DNA of 63,626 nt, counting the filler, from Globobulimina sp. (taxonomy: Eukaryota), in the NCBI GenBank assembly GCA_003354225.1. It is 51 parts of 51 records of this genome, joined end to end, with 100 filler letters (N's around TTAATTAATTAA, not from the genome) between each part and the next. Parts side by side here need not be neighbours in the genome. Positions count along the whole stretch, not along the records: positions 59,980 to 61,128 come from PIVH01022326.1; positions 61,229 to 62,377 come from PIVH01022327.1; positions 62,478 to 63,626 come from PIVH01022328.1; 48 more parts are not named here. One strand, given 5' to 3'. A program made the translations under genes and the position numbers. Below are positions 59,980 to 63,626 of this stretch, piece by piece. The notes beneath the pieces were generated by a model, which was given only the letters and a program-made list of their open reading frames with translations, ran no database searches and had not been told where the DNA came from. The stretch's first letter is position 1. Each line of letters opens with the position of its first letter.

Positions 59980-60940
59980 ACCGGCGGGAACTAATAATAC
60001 TGTCTCATTCGAATTACGTACTTGATATTGGGGATAATTTGCATATATATCTTCAGCGCAAATGGCTGTATCGGCCCCACCGTCTAAGAAAGAAACGGCT
60101 AAATCTTCAGTACGCCATATTTGATTAACTTCCGTTATTTTGCGATATTGATTCGCCTGAATCGCCTCAACCTTTTTTACTTGTCCTTTGGTTAATATTT
60201 TATATTCGATATCTAATTTATTTCCGCCTTGGGAGGATGACAAAATATAAGGCGCAAATTTCGGATTTTTATAAATTACTTCAATTTTGTTAATCATCCT
60301 TTCGATATTAATATTTTCTTTTTTATCACCTAAATGTTCTTCTAAATTAGCATCAATCTGTTGATTATCAATCAAATTAATATCCCCTTTTTCTACTTCA
60401 TTACTAATATTCTTTTCCTTTTGTCGCCAATGATAAAATATGCAATGATTTCGTCGGCATTTACCATCATATCTACAAATCCCAATATTCTGCCTTCGTT
60501 TTAATGAATGCGAATAACGACATACCATCAAATTGCACGTATCATAACGTTTACATTTCATACTTGCCCATTTTCGTCGAGTTTTATCAATATCTTCTCG
60601 TTGCCATGGTTTATAATGCGTTTTATCGCATTCTTTTGGATATTTAATTCTTCGCGTTTCAATCATATTTTTTATATTAAACGAGTCCGTGGTTGATTTA
60701 TCGGTCATTTGTTTGAAATAATCCATTGTTCCATCATCTGTTAATCGAAAATAGCGCGATTTATAGGATTTGAATCGCTTACCTTTTGTTTTTAGGATAT
60801 TACAGTGTTTACAAAGTATAATAATATTTCACAGAAACATACCTTGTTTGTACACTTTGGGTATTTTGCCGGTTTGCACATCTTCCATATCAAACATTAG
60901 GCGTACTTTGATTCTGTAGCCATCGGAATCAATCACCGTC
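59980..60940 (-). CDS. ORF joining a PH-domain N-terminal half, two CCCH zinc fingers and a retropepsin-like protease; intron at 60783-60842
   Basis: Spliced YKQGKRFKSYKSRYFRLTDDGTMDYFK; CKRYDTCNLMVCRYSH and CRYDGKCRRNHCIFYH; VSFLDGGADTAIC. Confidence 0.6.
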
Positions 60941-62059
60941 GTTGTGTACCACACACATTCTTCATCCAAACAGTCCAATTTCGAGCCAGTTTGCAATTGT
61001 TGCCTCCATGGAGCGATTTGCGGCTCCCATTGTTTGGATTTTAATTCATTTTTTAAATCATTTATCGTCTGCTCATATTCATGTTGCTTTTTATCAGTCT
61101 CTTCCAGTTTGTTTATTTGTTGTTTATTNNNNNNNNNNNNNNNNNNNNNNNNNNNNNNNNNNNNNNNNNNNNTTAATTAATTAANNNNNNNNNNNNNNNN
61201 NNNNNNNNNNNNNNNNNNNNNNNNNNNNACACCAAGAGACCCGACGCCGCTTTATGCGATTTAAAACAGCGCCGGAGGGCTACTGTATATCGTATAAACA
61301 TATAAGAATACTAAATTTTAACCAAAATGTTTTATTTTAAAATACATAAAGCAGAAATAGACGTACCAACCAACTATAATTCATATAATACATATTTAAC
61401 CAGACGAATAAACACTATTCTAACTGTCAGTACGATATTGTAAATATCAAATGATTTTTTTATCGACGGTCGTATACGCACTTTAATTGCGTGAACCTAT
61501 TTGGCTCAAATTTCCCTCTGCTATACCTGATGTTCGAATAAACAAACATGCGAACTTTCAGCCAAATCGCTCAACGCAAAACTATAGTAAAAAATCGTCA
61601 AATTTTTTTCTGCTCACCCGAAAAATTTTGCTCATTTTTTACTCAGACTTACGTGAGCCGATTTAACTTTTATCTAGCCCGAGTTATTGATGGCTCTGCT
61701 CTCCAGCGCCGACCCACATATGTAGGCTCGCGCTTCCGTGCTTGCCACGATATCGAAAAGAAGTCGTAAGCGCGCAATCTACATTTATCGTATAAATGTC
61801 AAAAATATGGATTCACAATCGCCCGCCAGATGTCAGCACCATCCCAACAGCGATGAAACATTTTGTCGTTATACTACAGTCCGTAAAAGCAAAAAACGAA
61901 AGTTTCAAATTAACACTACTTAAAAAATACTTTGAATTAACTGAAACAAATTAGTGTCGGTTGTTTCATTTATTATATATTATTCGAAAACAATAATTAA
62001 GAAGAGTAATAATTAAATAAAAAATTACCATCTAACATATAAAGCGTTTTTAGCGATCG

Positions 62060-62290
62060 TTACTCGGGTTCGGTCTGACGTTTACTTGAGCCACAGCGAA
62101 AACCGGTCCAGTGTGCTGTTATCATTGGGCTGGGGTACCTGTCTCCCACATTCTGTGACTGAGGTTGGCCGTCATTAAAGAATGAAGAAGATCTTTCACG
62201 CATGAACGCTAGGTCTTCTGTTGGTAGACAGGTATATACCACTAAAGCTGAACATCTTGTAAAGTACTAATACTGAACCCAATTTTTGGT
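62060..62290 (+). ncRNA. Candidate structured non-coding RNA (unassigned)
   Basis: Five consecutive or nested helices with G-U pairs on the + strand, then AATTTTTGG at 62281. Confidence 0.45.
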
Positions 62291-62477
62291 AACTTATAGC
62301 GTCAACGATAGATAATTTGTTATTTGTACCATTTTTTGTTATTATTACTTCTAAGATTACAATATTATTGTTTTCAGNNNNNNNNNNNNNNNNNNNNNNN
62401 NNNNNNNNNNNNNNNNNNNNNTTAATTAATTAANNNNNNNNNNNNNNNNNNNNNNNNNNNNNNNNNNNNNNNNNNNN

Positions 62478-63042
62478 TTTATTAGTAAAGTTAATAAATT
62501 ATAAATTATCCTCATCCAAATCAATTGAAACCAATTCACCCTCACTTCCACCATATATTATACATATTTTTAATCATATTTTAAAATCAGTTACTTCCAT
62601 ATATATTGATGTTGAATTATTTAAAAAAGAGTTAGTTTATATATGTAAAGTTCGTGGTCCCCAATATGGATATTTTAAGTTATTTTCATTTTTTATGCAT
62701 TCAAATGATTGGATTCGTTGCAAGATTTTCCATAAATTGGTTCCTCAAATAAGTAAAATACTAATTAGGTGTATTGAATATTCATCAAATAGTAATAAAC
62801 ATAAATATTCCCCATCAATATTGATAACAGATGAAATTTTATTGGATATTTATAAGGTTTTATCATATTGGCCATTAAAGGCTATTGGTATTGTTTCACC
62901 ATTAAATAGTTTGTCATCATTAAGATTATTAATAACGAAATACAATAATAAATTTTTAAAATGTGGATATAAATTACAAATTGGAAAAGGGAATAATGTT
63001 CAATGTGGAAGTTGTGATACATTTGAGATAAACAAAGAATAA
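62478..63042 (+). CDS. Hypothetical protein, C-terminal fragment
   Basis: 115-aa ORF with coding-like sequence upstream. Confidence 0.35.
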
Positions 63043-63626
63043 TGTTTGTTATGTGTGTTTGTGTAAGCTAATTTCAAATAAGAATTAAATTAAGTAATTC
63101 GTCAAAAGTGTTGTATTTTTAAAATGCGGTGAATTCGCCTTGAGTTGGAGTGCTTCGAGCCTAGTGGTAGAGTATCTCTAAACGGGTTTGTATGCAAATA
63201 TAATTCTCAACATCGAGCAAACAGCTTCTAAATTTCCAATCAGTTCAATAAGTCCACCAATTTTCAAAAGGTCGTAAATCCCTTTTAAATCATGCCAAAA
63301 AGAAAAGACATCCACAAAAAATACACAAATAAAATATCATTGCACTTTCACATAAAATCACACATAAAAAATTATTTTTAATGTTATATTTTCTTGTTTG
63401 ACAAGTGGGTGACGTCTGCATCCATCACATCTAACATTCCACATGAAATTTATTCGCTTCGCGCATATTCATTCTACAAATCGGACATATTAAACTCTCC
63501 CTTCAATTCCTCATTGGTTGCATTTGCATATTTATGGTTGAGAGCGTTATATAAAGTAATGTAACACAAAAGATATATTAAATCCAATCACATAGATCAC
63601 AATCAAATAATGCACCGTTTTCTGTA

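Noticed and set aside
62060-62240. Hammerhead ribozyme or known spliceosomal snRNA
   Set aside because: No CUGANGA core with matching GAAA/UH geometry, and no U1 ACUUACC, U2 GUAGUA or U5 loop I sequence.
1151-62477. Regularly spaced TTAATTAATTAA palindromes and any operon-like neighbourhoods across them
   Set aside because: Artificial concatenation linker; adjacent contigs are unrelated.

Overview
This window is not one locus. It is 51 unrelated contigs of about 1,150 bp, sorted by length and joined by an artificial N44-TTAATTAATTAA-N44 six-frame-stop linker, so gene order across linkers means nothing. Most contigs come from an AT-rich eukaryote that uses the standard code and has short GT-AG introns (50-125 nt). 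Gene style and expanded families suggest a foraminiferan or other rhizarian protist, but that is an inference. Recognisable eukaryotic genes include cyclin, HSPA12-like and HYOU1-like Hsp70s, USP9/24/34-like, DNAI7/CASC1, GH29 and GH168-like glycosidases, START, a Rho-like GTPase, an alpha-kinase, JmjC/KDM4-like, ESF1, a Ubl-RBR E3 ligase, GATase, PrsW and TLC. Two contigs are bacterial polysaccharide-locus fragments (16251-17400, 28751-29900). The standouts are: (1) a Polinton/Maverick-type capsid module (penton, basic core protein, major capsid protein) whose MCP appears to carry a 57-nt spliceosomal intron; (2) an unannotated, densely structured ~180-230 nt RNA candidate followed by an Sm-like site; (3) a hairpin-core tandem array next to a tRNA-like element, and several tRNA-like elements with remodelled anticodon arms; (4) an ORF joining a partial PH domain to CCCH fingers and an aspartic protease; (5) several pseudo-enzyme variants. 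All protein calls come from motif recognition by eye; no database searches were run.
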